DNA from: an uncultured virus (IMG/VR IMGVR_UViG_2061766007_000205)
Lineage: Duplodnaviria > Heunggongvirae > Uroviricota > Caudoviricetes
IMG/VR virus record: IMGVR_UViG_2061766007_000205
DNA length: 64,000 bases
Strand: one strand, 5' to 3'
The position numbers and the translations under genes were made by a program. Each line of letters begins with the position of its first letter. Position 1 is the stretch's first letter. Positions 32,713 to 43,095 of this stretch are shown here, piece after piece. The notes beneath the pieces were generated by a model that had not been told where the DNA came from, made no database searches, and saw only the letters and a program-made list of their open reading frames with translations.

Positions 32713-33816
32713 ATGAAATACAGACAGGCAATAGTCAATGTAATGCTATCGTGGTTGGGTTGCAAAGAGGGCGATTCTACCCATAGACGTATCATTGACA
32801 TATACAATTCACATAAGCCGTTGGCAAGGGGTTACAAGGTCAAATACACAGACCCGTGGTGTGCAACAACGGTAAGTGCGGCGGCTATTATGTGCGGATA
32901 TACCGACATCATCCCTACCGAGTGTTCTTGCCAGAAGTTGATAGAACTTTTCAAGGCTAAAGGTATATGGGTAGAGAATGACGCTTATGTACCCCAAACA
33001 GGCGATTGGGTATTTTACGATTGGCAGGATTCGGGAGTTGGCGATAATGTAGGCGTATCGGATCACGTAGGCGTGGCTGAAAAATGCGATGGCAACATCA
33101 TAGTCGTTATCGAGGGCAACAAGAATGACGGAGTTGAAAGACGCAGTATTCAGGTCAACGGCAAGTACATCAGGGGATTCGGTGTGCCGAAGTATGATGA
33201 TGATAGCGCACCCGTAAATACACCTTCAAAGCACGAAAAATATGGCATAGACATATCCGCTAATCAGGGTATTGTTGATTTTAACAAGGTTAAGCAAAGC
33301 GGCATTGACTTTGTTATTTTGAGATCAACTACAAAGAACGGTCAGCCGGATGTAAGGTTTGAAGAATACTATAAGGGCGCATCAAACGCAGGACTACCTG
33401 TATCGGTTTACAAGTATTCCTATGCAAAGTCGGTAGCAGAAGCGCAGAAAGAAGCTGAAAGCGTTATTAAATTGCTTAATGGTAGGAAGTGCGAGATATG
33501 GCTTGATATGGAAGATCAAAGTCAGATACCGCTTGGCAAGGACGGTATTGCACTTATCATAACGGCGTTTCTTACAACGTGCGTCAAGGCAGGATATGAC
33601 GTAGGTATTTACTGCAATCTGAACTGGTATAAGAACTATATCAAGGATGACATCAAAAAGATATGTCGCTTCTGGATAGCACGTTATGGAAAGAACACAG
33701 GACAAATGGATGTTTCTACAAAGCCTGATGTTAAAGGTATGGTAATGTGGCAATATACATCCAAAGGAAGCGTGGGCGGCATAAGCGGAAACGTGGATAT
33801 GGATATTAAAAATTAG
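32713..33816 (+). CDS. Endolysin: CHAP domain plus GH25 muramidase
   Basis: PWCATTV, DHVGV, IEGN (CHAP); GIDISANQG, WLDMED, WQYTSKG, VDMD (GH25). Confidence 0.85.
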   Translation: MKYRQAIVNVMLSWLGCKEGDSTHRRIIDIYNSHKPLARGYKVKYTDPWCATTVSAAAIMCGYTDIIPTECSCQKLIELFKAKGIWVENDAYVPQTGDWVFYDWQDSGVGDNVGVSDHVGVAEKCDGNIIVVIEGNKNDGVERRSIQVNGKYIRGFGVPKYDDDSAPVNTPSKHEKYGIDISANQGIVDFNKVKQSGIDFVILRSTTKNGQPDVRFEEYYKGASNAGLPVSVYKYSYAKSVAEAQKEAESVIKLLNGRKCEIWLDMEDQSQIPLGKDGIALIITAFLTTCVKAGYDVGIYCNLNWYKNYIKDDIKKICRFWIARYGKNTGQMDVSTKPDVKGMVMWQYTSKGSVGGISGNVDMDIKN

Positions 33817-33891
33817 TTGACGTTAGTTGAATTTATTGATAGTATCAAGGTATATAAGTGACGGACACGGGGCTTTCCCGTGTCCTTTTTT
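33817..33891 (+). promoter_or_regulatory. Late-promoter motif plus hairpin/U-tract after endolysin
   Basis: TTGACGTTAGTTGAATT then GGACACGGG-GCTTT-CCCGTGTCC-TTTTTT. Confidence 0.6.
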
Positions 33892-33902
33892 GAAGGCAAA
33901 AA

Positions 33903-34478
33903 ATGATTATCCACGGAGATAATATTATGATTTTGGCGAATATGGACTTGTTAAATGTCACCTTTGCTTATGTAATACAAGCGATAGCGGTGGTTATAAT
34001 TCTATGGGAAGCCGGAAAAAAGATCATGGAGATCAAGGAGAAGTCTGACTTGGATCACGATAGAAAGCAAAGGTGGGATAAAGCCGCCGACATTGTTGAA
34101 AAAAAGGAAAAGGTCTGGGATGATGCCGTGCTTATCTCAAACAAGGAAAGGCAGGAGATAACCGACACATTTAATCACAGACTCGGACAGCAGGATACCA
34201 AAATAGACCGAACATTAGAGTTGGTTGTGGAATTAACAAAGGCTATGAANNNNNNNNNNTGATGCGGTACTTATCTCAAACAAGGAAAGGCAGGAGATAA
34301 CCGATACATTTAATAACAGACTCGGACAGCAGGATAAGAAAATAGACCGAACATTAGAGTTGGTTGTGGAATTAACAAAGGCTATGAATATCTTGCTGAA
34401 ATGCGAAGCTGAAAAAGGTGAGGATGAAGAAATAAAAAATGCTTATACTTCATTTAACAATTTTGTAGTAAACCACAT
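33903..34478 (+). CDS. Single-TM coiled-coil protein (two variant fragments)
   Basis: Hydrophobic N-terminus; duplicated segment across a 10-N gap. Confidence 0.5.
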
Positions 34479-34488
34479 NNNNNNNNNN

Positions 34489-35512
34489 CATACCGCCCAC
34501 AAGAACATTGACAAAACAATACTCAAAAGTGGTAAAAGCGGCGGTTGAACAAGCACGTAGGCAAACAGACGAACAAATCAGTAACTACGATTTAGCCGTT
34601 CAAAGAATGAATCAGTTGGCGGCAAATGCATCAGGTTTGTATTGGATAGATGTACCGCAATCAGACGGCACTATCATTTACTATGAGTCTGATAAACCGC
34701 TTTCGATTGATTCAAACGGCAATGTAGTATTTACTTATCATTCTCATGTTTGGAAAAAAACGGGTAGCGGGTTTTTCTCGACAGCCGATTCTGGTACATC
34801 CGAAGCAACAACTATATGGACGGGCGGCATAGACGCTAATAACAATGCCGTAATGAACACCATTTCAACAATCGGTATATCATTTGATTGGGCGCATGGT
34901 GGTATTCTTACTCTTGGCGGTGATAATAACGTCAACGGTACATTGATTGTAAAAGATAGATACAACACCGAAATAGGCAGATGGAATAAAGACGGTATAA
35001 GTATATTAAAAGGTACTATATCCGGCCCAACTATATCGGGTGGTACTATTACAGGAACAAGCATATATGGTACGGAAATATCGGGCGGTAGTGTATCGGG
35101 TACTAATATAAGCGGTGGAACAATAAGAGGTACTGAAATATATGGTGGAGAGATATCAGGTGCAAGTATCACGGGTGGTACTATCAACGGTACTACGATA
35201 ACCTCACAGCATTCTAGTTATTATGATTGCTTTTACGAATTATCAGCAAATCAAATAGTCGGGTACAATCATGGGGCGCAAGTCGGATATCTCGATTGGG
35301 GCGGTTATGCAAACGGTCACGATTGCTTGGGTATTGCAGGACAAGGTATAAACATTTGGTGCGATCATATTTACTTTAATGCGCAGGAAGGTGTTTCACA
35401 ACAAATAAGAGTAATGCACGATCTTGATATATATTTCGATAGTAAAAATTATACTATTGATGATATGTATATAACCTTCTACAAAGGTTTATGTACCGAT
35501 GTTTATGTGTAA
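34489..35512 (+). CDS. C-terminal half of an alternative tail tip protein with ISGGT-type pentapeptide repeats
   Basis: Starts homologous to the middle of 25733-28060 (ISNYDLAVQ, GISFDWA), then ISGGT-like repeats. Confidence 0.65.
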
Positions 35513-35523
35513 AGGAGAAAAAA

Positions 35524-35751
35524 ATGAATCAGTACGAAGAAATGCTTTTAGCAAAAAACGAAATCTCAAATCACATGACAGCAATTATGGGATCAATGAA
35601 ACTGTCTGAAATGCAAATGATGTTTGTCATGGATTCTGTTTTGAGTGACTTGCGGTGTAGGTGTCTTATCAGAAACAGTTACGATAAGGCAAATAATGAA
35701 GTCTTAAAAAAGGAAAGTGAGGAAAAAAAAAAGAATGAAAAGACCGCCTAA
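35524..35751 (+). CDS. Hypothetical protein
   Basis: AAGGAG SD before MNQYEE. Confidence 0.55.
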   Translation: MNQYEEMLLAKNEISNHMTAIMGSMKLSEMQMMFVMDSVLSDLRCRCLIRNSYDKANNEVLKKESEEKKKNEKTA

Positions 35752-35983
35752 AGGTGAAGATTATCCTTACTTTGAACTGAAAAATAAAGCTATAAACCAC
35801 AATCACGAAGTAGATTCTGTCAAAGAGTATAAGGGGATTTACTTATTCTATGACAGCAGAAACCCGGATGATGAAGGGCAAGTAGTGCTTGATAAAAAGA
35901 CGGGTTTTAGACGTATGCTTTCAGAGTACACCGGAAATGATGATCCCGTTGAACTTGATTTTGAAACAGGAGAGGTAAAGTGA
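35735..35983 (+). CDS. Hypothetical protein
   Basis: Overlapping start within the operon. Confidence 0.5.
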   Translation: MKRPPKGEDYPYFELKNKAINHNHEVDSVKEYKGIYLFYDSRNPDDEGQVVLDKKTGFRRMLSEYTGNDDPVELDFETGEVK

Positions 35984-35984
35984 T

Positions 35985-36206
35985 ATGGCAATACGAATGA
36001 GAAGGGGCAATGAGGCTGATCTTGATAAAACAAAGCTCGTATCAGGAGAAATAGCCGTAAGCATGGATGCGGATAAGGTAAGGGTTTCAAAGGGCAACGG
36101 AGAAACCATTGACCTTGCTACGCAAGAAGATTTACAGAACATCATTATCTATGATGGTGCTATTTCCGTAGTCGGAGAAACACTCACATTTTCACCGAGA
36201 GAGTAA
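35985..36206 (+). CDS. Small tail-fibre N-terminal-like protein
   Basis: MAIRMRRG...LVSGEIAV motif typical of fibre N-termini. Confidence 0.55.
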   Translation: MAIRMRRGNEADLDKTKLVSGEIAVSMDADKVRVSKGNGETIDLATQEDLQNIIIYDGAISVVGETLTFSPRE

Positions 36207-36217
36207 GGAGTTAAAAA

Positions 36218-37396
36218 ATGGCAGACATAAGCAAAGTCAGTATTGATGGTGGTACAACCGAATTAAATATTAAAGACGCAACAGCGAGACAAAACATAAC
36301 AGAGATAAACAATAAAGTTGGAGCAAACAACGGTATTGCAAGTCTTAACGAATCAGGCAAAGTCCCGTCAAGTCAGTTACCTTCATATGTTGATGATGTT
36401 GTAGAAGGTTATCTTTATGAAGGAGATTTCTACAAAGACGCACTGCATCAAAATTTGATAACCCCAGAGACGGACAAGATATACGTTGATTTGACCGAAG
36501 ATAAAACGTATCGTTGGAGCGGATCAGTATATATATGTATAGGCGGCGGCCTTGAACTTGGAGAAACACAAGGTACGGCATATGAAGGTAGTAAAGGAAA
36601 AGCAAACGCTGATGCTATAGAAGACATCAAAGATGTAATACCTTCTGGTGCTTCAAGTTCGAATAAACTCTTATCACATCAGGATATAATTGATAATCTG
36701 ACTTCTTATTCTTCTACGAAAGCCCTATCAGCTAAACAAGGTTATGAACTTAACAGTAAAATTCAACAATCTAATCTTGGAAAAGAAGATACGGAAAAAC
36801 TTCTGAAAGATACGATAGGGTGGACTAGCAAGAATAGACTTCCGCTTACTCTTGCATCACTAAAGGCTATCAACACAGCCGGAACATGGAATGATAATGC
36901 TTATACTATTGACGGTGTAACTTTTACTGTTAGCACTAATTCTGAAGGATATGTCACAAAAATCAATGTTGACGGTACGGCTTCATCAGGTATTGGTTTC
37001 AATCTCTTGAACGGCACATACGAAGGAGCGGAATATGAAACTTTGTTCCCGCTTGGATCATATTATTGGGTTACGGGTTGCGCTTCGGATGCTACAAGTT
37101 CTACATACTATTACAGATTCAGATTAGGTAGTATGTATGTCAGCGATCAAATAATTACGGGTGACGATCATATCAGTATTGATAGTAGTGTGATAGAGCA
37201 TAATCGAACTCTTATATTTGATATAAAGGTTAATTCAGGCGTATCTGTTTCAAATATAGAATTTTACCCACAATGGATGTATGGTCATTTGGAAGATAAA
37301 TCATTTGAGCCTTACAATCAGACGGTCAAAGATAAATTGACATATACATATTCAAACGAAAGATTGACTTTTAATGGAATAGGAGCATCAACATGA
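36218..37396 (+). CDS. Tail fibre protein
   Basis: GKVPSSQLPSYVDDVVEG, YRWSGS, ALSAKQG, LLKDTIGW modules. Confidence 0.7.
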   Translation: MADISKVSIDGGTTELNIKDATARQNITEINNKVGANNGIASLNESGKVPSSQLPSYVDDVVEGYLYEGDFYKDALHQNLITPETDKIYVDLTEDKTYRWSGSVYICIGGGLELGETQGTAYEGSKGKANADAIEDIKDVIPSGASSSNKLLSHQDIIDNLTSYSSTKALSAKQGYELNSKIQQSNLGKEDTEKLLKDTIGWTSKNRLPLTLASLKAINTAGTWNDNAYTIDGVTFTVSTNSEGYVTKINVDGTASSGIGFNLLNGTYEGAEYETLFPLGSYYWVTGCASDATSSTYYYRFRLGSMYVSDQIITGDDHISIDSSVIEHNRTLIFDIKVNSGVSVSNIEFYPQWMYGHLEDKSFEPYNQTVKDKLTYTYSNERLTFNGIGAST

Positions 37397-37725
37397 AACA
37401 ACCAATAACACGGTTATTCCGATACATAAAAAAAACAAAAGCAAAACGAAATAAAAAAGTGAGAGCCTTTTATTTTAAGGCTCTTTTACTTTGCATAGAA
37501 ATATATGGAATGGCGGCACTTGGGATGTCATACTACTTGGCCTATTTGGGAAGGGATATAGTTCTCGAAGAACTTTCAAAAACCATTGTTAAAGTCCTGA
37601 TATATCCTTTTGTGGCATACACAATCAATCGGACGATTGAAAATTATGCGGAACACAACATCACACAGTTTCACAAGCCATTAAGTGAAACACCTATTGA
37701 AGAAAGCGAGGAAGCAGACGGATGA
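37393..37725 (+). CDS. Two-TM membrane protein preceding holin
   Basis: Hydrophobic segments; homolog of 31998-32406. Confidence 0.6.
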   Translation: MKQPITRLFRYIKKTKAKRNKKVRAFYFKALLLCIEIYGMAALGMSYYLAYLGRDIVLEELSKTIVKVLIYPFVAYTINRTIENYAEHNITQFHKPLSETPIEESEEADG

Positions 37726-38027
37726 ACACAGAGTTAATCACAAAGTTAGTTGAAGCGGTTGTAACGGTAGTAATTGTCTTAATATCGGCTTATGTTATCC
37801 CGTGGTTAAAAGGCAAAATCGGGGATGACAAGTACGCAACGATAGTAGAGTTTGCCGAGATCGTTGTTCGGTCTGCCGAGAAAATCTATACCATAGAAGA
37901 ATGGGCGCAAAAGAAAAGATATGCCGTTGAAATGGTACAGAAAAAAGCAGAAGAAATCGGCATAACCATAACACCTGATGAAATCAATGCGATTATCGAA
38001 GGTGCGGTACAGGCGGTAAAGGGGTAA
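37722..38027 (+). CDS. Holin, LL-H-like (second genotype)
   Basis: Near-identical to 32403-32708. Confidence 0.75.
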   Translation: MNTELITKLVEAVVTVVIVLISAYVIPWLKGKIGDDKYATIVEFAEIVVRSAEKIYTIEEWAQKKRYAVEMVQKKAEEIGITITPDEINAIIEGAVQAVKG

Positions 38028-38029
38028 TT

Positions 38030-39606
38030 ATGACAAAACAAGAGTTTATCGAAGCAATAGCAAAATCGGTTATCAAGTATGCGCCGCAGTTTAACATTAA
38101 ATGTTATAGTGCGGTAATAGGTCAGGCTTGTTGTGAAAGTGGTTATGGTACGTCACCCAAAGGGCAGAGGAACAACTTTTTTGGCTTAAAGTATCGTGAA
38201 GGACGTGTGACTTGCCACAACGGTACGTTTATTGACGGATCAAAAGAGCAAAGGTCAGACGGACACTATGATGATATAGTTGATTCATGGTATACGTTCG
38301 AAACCCTTGATAAAGGTGTGCTTGGGTATTTTCAATTTATCAATACTGTCAATTACGCATCAGTCAAGGGAGTTACAGACCCCAAACAGTATCTTACAAA
38401 CCTTCGTGCGGCAGGGTATGCTTCAAGCCTTGACTATGTTGAGACAGTAATGAAGTATATTGCCGACAATGGTTTAACCAAGTATGACGATGTAAGCACT
38501 CCGTTAAAGTCCTTTTTCAAGGTAGCGGTGGATGCCGGACACGGAAGTAACACGGGCGGCAAGAGAACACCCGATGGCTACCGCGAGCATTGGATAAACG
38601 TATCGTGTGCATCATATTGTGAGCAAGCATTAAGACGTTGCGGCATAGACGTTTTAAGGGTTGCTTGGGATGATAACAACGCCAAAGATGATGAGGACGT
38701 GGCACTTTCTACACGGCAGAAACTTATCAAGGCAAACAAATGCGATGCGTCAGTATCATTCCATGCAAATGCGGCAGGAGTTGGCGGTTGGAGTGATGCA
38801 AGTGGGGTAGAAACCCTGATAAGCGACAAATACCCGGCAGACTCTCGTAACCTNNNNNNNNNNNNNNNNNNNNNNNNNNNNNNNNNNNNNNNNNNNNNNN
38901 NNNNNNCCTTGCTATGTGTAACTGTAATGCGCTCGGAACAAAGGCGGCAATCCTTTGCGAGATAGGATTTATNNNNNNNNNNAAACTACATAGACGTTGA
39001 TGTAAAGTCCGGCACAAAAGTGTTGGACTTTTCTATTGAAGGAAACAAAGATGCTAGGTTGCCGTANNNNNNNNNNGACAAACAAGGCAGAAGCCGACCT
39101 GATGAAAACGGATAAGTTCTGCAAGGAACAAGCAGAAGATGTCACAAAGGGAATATGTGAATACTTGGGTGTGAAATACATTCCTATCAACGAAGAGTCG
39201 GTTATAACCGAAGTAGTTACGCAATCCCAAAACACACCGATAGGCTATCTTGTGAAGATCAACACGGACATACTGAATGTGAGAGCAGGGGCAGGAACGT
39301 CATACCCGGTTGTCACACAAGTGCGGAGAGGACAGATTTATACAATCGTGGATGAAGTAAAAGGTTGGGGAAAACTCAAAAGCGGTGCAGGGTGGATTAA
39401 NNNNNNNNNNGAACACACCGATAGGGTATCTTGTGAAGATCAACACGGACATACTGAATGTGAGAGCAGGAGCAGGTACTTCATATCCTGTTGTGACTAC
39501 GGTTAAGAGAGGTCAGGTTTACACAATCGTTGATGAAGTAAAAGGTTGGGGAAAACTCAAAAGCGGTGCAGGGTGGATTAAACTATCCTATACCACAAAA
39601 ATATAG
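38030..39606 (+). CDS. Endolysin: GH73 glucosaminidase + Amidase_3 + SH3b (gapped)
   Basis: QACCESGYG, NFFGLK, GYASS; VAVDAGHG, SFHANA, EIGF; LNVRAGAG...WGKLKSGAGWI. Confidence 0.8.
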
Positions 39607-39680
39607 TTGACGTTAGTTGAATTTATTGATAGTATCAAGGTATACAAGTGACGGACACGGGGTTTCCCGTGTCCTTTTTT
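39607..39680 (+). promoter_or_regulatory. Late-promoter motif plus hairpin/U-tract
   Basis: Near-identical to 33817-33891. Confidence 0.6.
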
Positions 39681-39691
39681 GAGGACAAAAA

Positions 39692-40012
39692 ATGATTATT
39701 CGGGGAACAACACCTTCTATATCGTTTCATATAAACACCGAGTTAGACCTTACTGAAATAGCGGAAGTGTGGATCACTTTCAAGGCTAAATTCGGTACAG
39801 AGATCAATGAAAAGACATTCACCATTGAGGATGTAACCATTGATGCAGAGCATAACAACATCAATCTCTTTATGTCGCAGGAAGATACGTTATCACTTTC
39901 AGACAACCCGTACTATGTCCAAATAAGGTTACGCATGAATGACGATATGGCTTATGCTTCGGGAATCCTTGAAGAGCCAATAGGCAAGATATTAAAGGAC
40001 GGGGTTATATGA
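39692..40012 (+). CDS. BppU N-terminal-like protein
   Basis: Homolog of 28897-29223. Confidence 0.55.
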   Translation: MIIRGTTPSISFHINTELDLTEIAEVWITFKAKFGTEINEKTFTIEDVTIDAEHNNINLFMSQEDTLSLSDNPYYVQIRLRMNDDMAYASGILEEPIGKILKDGVI

Positions 40013-40290
40013 ATGGTGTATTACGACTTGATGTATCTATTCAGACAGAGAATTACATAGATGTTGATGTAAAGTCCGGCGCGAAAGTGTTGGACTTTTC
40101 TATTGAAGGAAACAAAGATGCTAGGTTGCCGTATTACAACGGAGAATACGGAGTAGAGCCTAGAAAAGTAGGGCAGACACTTGAAACCGCAAACAAGAGT
40201 ATGAGCGAAAACGTAGTGATAAACCCTATTTATTATGCGGAAACAACAAATGTAGGCGGTGGCTACACGGCGATAATTGGAAAGGAGTAA
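40009..40290 (+). CDS. Tail fibre-associated protein
   Basis: Homolog of 29220-29516. Confidence 0.55.
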   Translation: MNGVLRLDVSIQTENYIDVDVKSGAKVLDFSIEGNKDARLPYYNGEYGVEPRKVGQTLETANKSMSENVVINPIYYAETTNVGGGYTAIIGKE

Positions 40291-40296
40291 CACACA

Positions 40297-40902
40297 ATGG
40301 CAAGTAACCCTTATGTAAACAAAGTTATTTTCGGAAATGACGTTCTTATTGATCTGACAAGTGATACAGTTACGGCGGCAGATATCTTATCAGGCAAGAC
40401 CGCACATGATAAATCCGGCGCGGCAATCACGGGTGAATGTACCTTTGATTCCGATACAACGGATGCGGATGCGAGTGCAAGTGAGATACTTTACGGACAG
40501 AGTGCCTATGTCAACAAGAACAAACTTGTAGGAACAATGCCAAACCGGGGCGGTGTTACGGGTTCTATTTCAACAGTAGCCGGGGAGTACACCATTCAGG
40601 AAGGTTATCACGATGGTTCAGGTAAGGTTGCCATTGATTCAACCGAACAGGCAAAGATCATCCCTTCAAACATCCTTCAGGGTGTAACAATTCTCGGTGT
40701 TCAGGGTAGTGTTGAACCTTCTTCTGATGTTCATATCGAGCCTACAAAATCAGCAACACCTTATACAACTTCACAGACAATACTTCCTTCGAGCGGATAT
40801 GACGCAATCGCAGAAGTTACCATAGCGGCTATAACAAAGACCGAGACAGATAACGCATCTGGCGGTAAAACTGTGCAGATTGGCGATTTAGCACCTTCGT
40901 AA
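40297..40902 (+). CDS. Tail fibre-type protein
   Basis: Homolog of 29531-30145. Confidence 0.65.
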   Translation: MASNPYVNKVIFGNDVLIDLTSDTVTAADILSGKTAHDKSGAAITGECTFDSDTTDADASASEILYGQSAYVNKNKLVGTMPNRGGVTGSISTVAGEYTIQEGYHDGSGKVAIDSTEQAKIIPSNILQGVTILGVQGSVEPSSDVHIEPTKSATPYTTSQTILPSSGYDAIAEVTIAAITKTETDNASGGKTVQIGDLAPS

Positions 40903-40914
40903 AGGGGTGGTCTT

Positions 40915-41118
40915 ATGGCAAGCAACCCTTACGTTAACAAGGTTCAATTTGGCGATGAAACGCTGATTGACCTTACAAGCGATACAGTAACACCCGATAA
41001 AGTGCTTAATGGTGTGACGTTCCATGATAAAAGTGGAGCGTTACAAACAGGCACTTTAACACCTATGTCGAGCAAGTTTACATACTCAAACAATAGACTT
41101 ACGCTGAATGTACCATAA
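40915..41118 (+). CDS. Short fibre-type protein
   Basis: Repeats the MASNPYVNKV N-terminal module of the previous gene. Confidence 0.55.
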   Translation: MASNPYVNKVQFGDETLIDLTSDTVTPDKVLNGVTFHDKSGALQTGTLTPMSSKFTYSNNRLTLNVP

Positions 41119-41131
41119 AAGGAGATAGAAA

Positions 41132-42967
41132 ATGCCTAATTACATGACAGAATTAAGTCCTGATAACAACGCTAACGTATATCAGGTAAAGGATAAAGAA
41201 GCCGCACCTATTGATCTGCTTAAAGATACAGTAGGTTGGAGTGGGAAGAATGAGTTTAAGCTACCGAGCAATGTTAGTAGCACAACAGTAGGTGGGGTCA
41301 CATTTACTGTTACAAGGAATAGTGATGGGCAGATTGAAAGTATAAAGGCAAACGGCACAAACACAAGCGGAGATAATGTAATCTTTCAGTTGGGTGAGTT
41401 TAACCTTGACGGAATAAATGATTTTATTGTAAGTGGAACACCCGATACATCACAGAATTATGGTTTGAGAGTAGGGGTTCGGACAAGCGAATCGGATGAT
41501 TTTGGAAATACATTCCTGTTTACTGAAAAAGGTGTTGAGCAGACCATTCCTGCAAATACAAGTGCGCCTTACGGAGTATATGTTTGTATTATAATATATC
41601 AAGGAAAATCTCCTAGCAACGTACTGTTTAAGCCCATGATCCGTAAGGCATCCGTCATAGATGCTACCTACGAGCCTTATCATGAATCAGTAAAGCAGAC
41701 TCTTCGTGATGCAGAGGTTATTGAAGGGAAGAATCTATTCAATATACCCGAAAATATTGTATCACAGACAAAAAGCGGAGTTACATTTACTGTCAATAGG
41801 AATAGTGATGGAGAAGTAACATCTATTGTTGCCAATGGTACAGCCACAGCCGATGCGTCATTCGTACTATTTTATGCGTCCGACACTTATGATTTCTTAA
41901 ACAAACGAGTGATATTATCGGGTTGTCCGAGTGGTGGAAGTAATGCTACTTATTTTATAAATGGATATCGCATGGCTTCAAAAAGCGGTGAGTCAGGCTC
42001 ATCCGTTGAAGATACGGGTAATGGAGTAGAATTTGATTCACTTAATGACGGCAGTGGAGTTGTAGGATATATTGCAGTAGTAGTAAAACCTAATTATACA
42101 GCAAACAATCTTGTATTTAAGCCTATGCTCCGAGATGCAAGTGAAAACGATCTTACCTTCGAACCCCACTACATCCCTCTCAAAGACAGCAAGTTTAACA
42201 GAGCAGAACAGAGGGTATTGGGTGCGAAGAATTTGTTGCCGAATACCGCCAAAACGCAGACTATCAATGGTGTTACATTTACAGTAAATGCTGATGGTAG
42301 TGTTACGGCTAATGGTACGGCTAGTGCGGATGCGGTACTTTGGTTGACACCTTCGACTATTCAAGATCAAATTCCCAAAAACGTGGGTATTATATTGTCC
42401 GGTTGTCCTCAAAGCGGAAGTGCCACAACCTACTATTTATCAACAAGAATAGGTTTATTGCCGAACGATTCATATGTTAGAAATGACGTAGATAGTGGCA
42501 ATGGTGTAAATCTTCAAATAACAGAGCAGAATACAATTAAATGCTCTGCGAATATAAAAAGTGGACAAACAGTATCCAACCTCACATTTAAACCCATGCT
42601 CCGTCTCACATCCGATCCCGATGATACCTATGTACCCTATGCTATGACTAATAGGGAGTTGACAACTCCTATTATGAGCGAAGTAACCGATATAGTTGAG
42701 GGCGCAAGTATATCATCTGATGTTGGAAATACCTTATGGAAGATCGGACGGCAAGTTTATTTAAGCATTGGCTTGGCATCTTTAACCGCAACGTCTTTAA
42801 GTACGAATATATTTAAGATACCGCAAGGTTTTAGGCCGCCCAAGAATATATTTGTAGCAGGAAATCAATGTGCTGTTCGTATAGACACTTCGGGTAATGT
42901 CAGAACGACAAGCAATTTATCAAATAGTTTCTTTCAAATAGCAACATCATGGATAACCGACGAATAA
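41132..42967 (+). CDS. Receptor-binding/fibre protein with three tandem GKN...KPM(I/L)R modules
   Basis: Three internal repeats; C-terminal IPQGFRP domain. Confidence 0.7.
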   Translation: MPNYMTELSPDNNANVYQVKDKEAAPIDLLKDTVGWSGKNEFKLPSNVSSTTVGGVTFTVTRNSDGQIESIKANGTNTSGDNVIFQLGEFNLDGINDFIVSGTPDTSQNYGLRVGVRTSESDDFGNTFLFTEKGVEQTIPANTSAPYGVYVCIIIYQGKSPSNVLFKPMIRKASVIDATYEPYHESVKQTLRDAEVIEGKNLFNIPENIVSQTKSGVTFTVNRNSDGEVTSIVANGTATADASFVLFYASDTYDFLNKRVILSGCPSGGSNATYFINGYRMASKSGESGSSVEDTGNGVEFDSLNDGSGVVGYIAVVVKPNYTANNLVFKPMLRDASENDLTFEPHYIPLKDSKFNRAEQRVLGAKNLLPNTAKTQTINGVTFTVNADGSVTANGTASADAVLWLTPSTIQDQIPKNVGIILSGCPQSGSATTYYLSTRIGLLPNDSYVRNDVDSGNGVNLQITEQNTIKCSANIKSGQTVSNLTFKPMLRLTSDPDDTYVPYAMTNRELTTPIMSEVTDIVEGASISSDVGNTLWKIGRQVYLSIGLASLTATSLSTNIFKIPQGFRPPKNIFVAGNQCAVRIDTSGNVRTTSNLSNSFFQIATSWITDE

Positions 42968-43095
42968 TCATCCCTTGTTTACGGCCAAGGGGACATCATA
43001 ACAAGATTGAACCTACCGCATATAAGGTTGTAACAATCTGNNNNNNNNNNGCAAACAATAGACTTACATTGAATGTTCCTTAAAGGAGAATAAAA

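Noticed and set aside
35015..35200. 15-nt periodic repeat in ORF 34508
   Set aside because: Explained by ISGGT-type pentapeptide repeats of a tail protein
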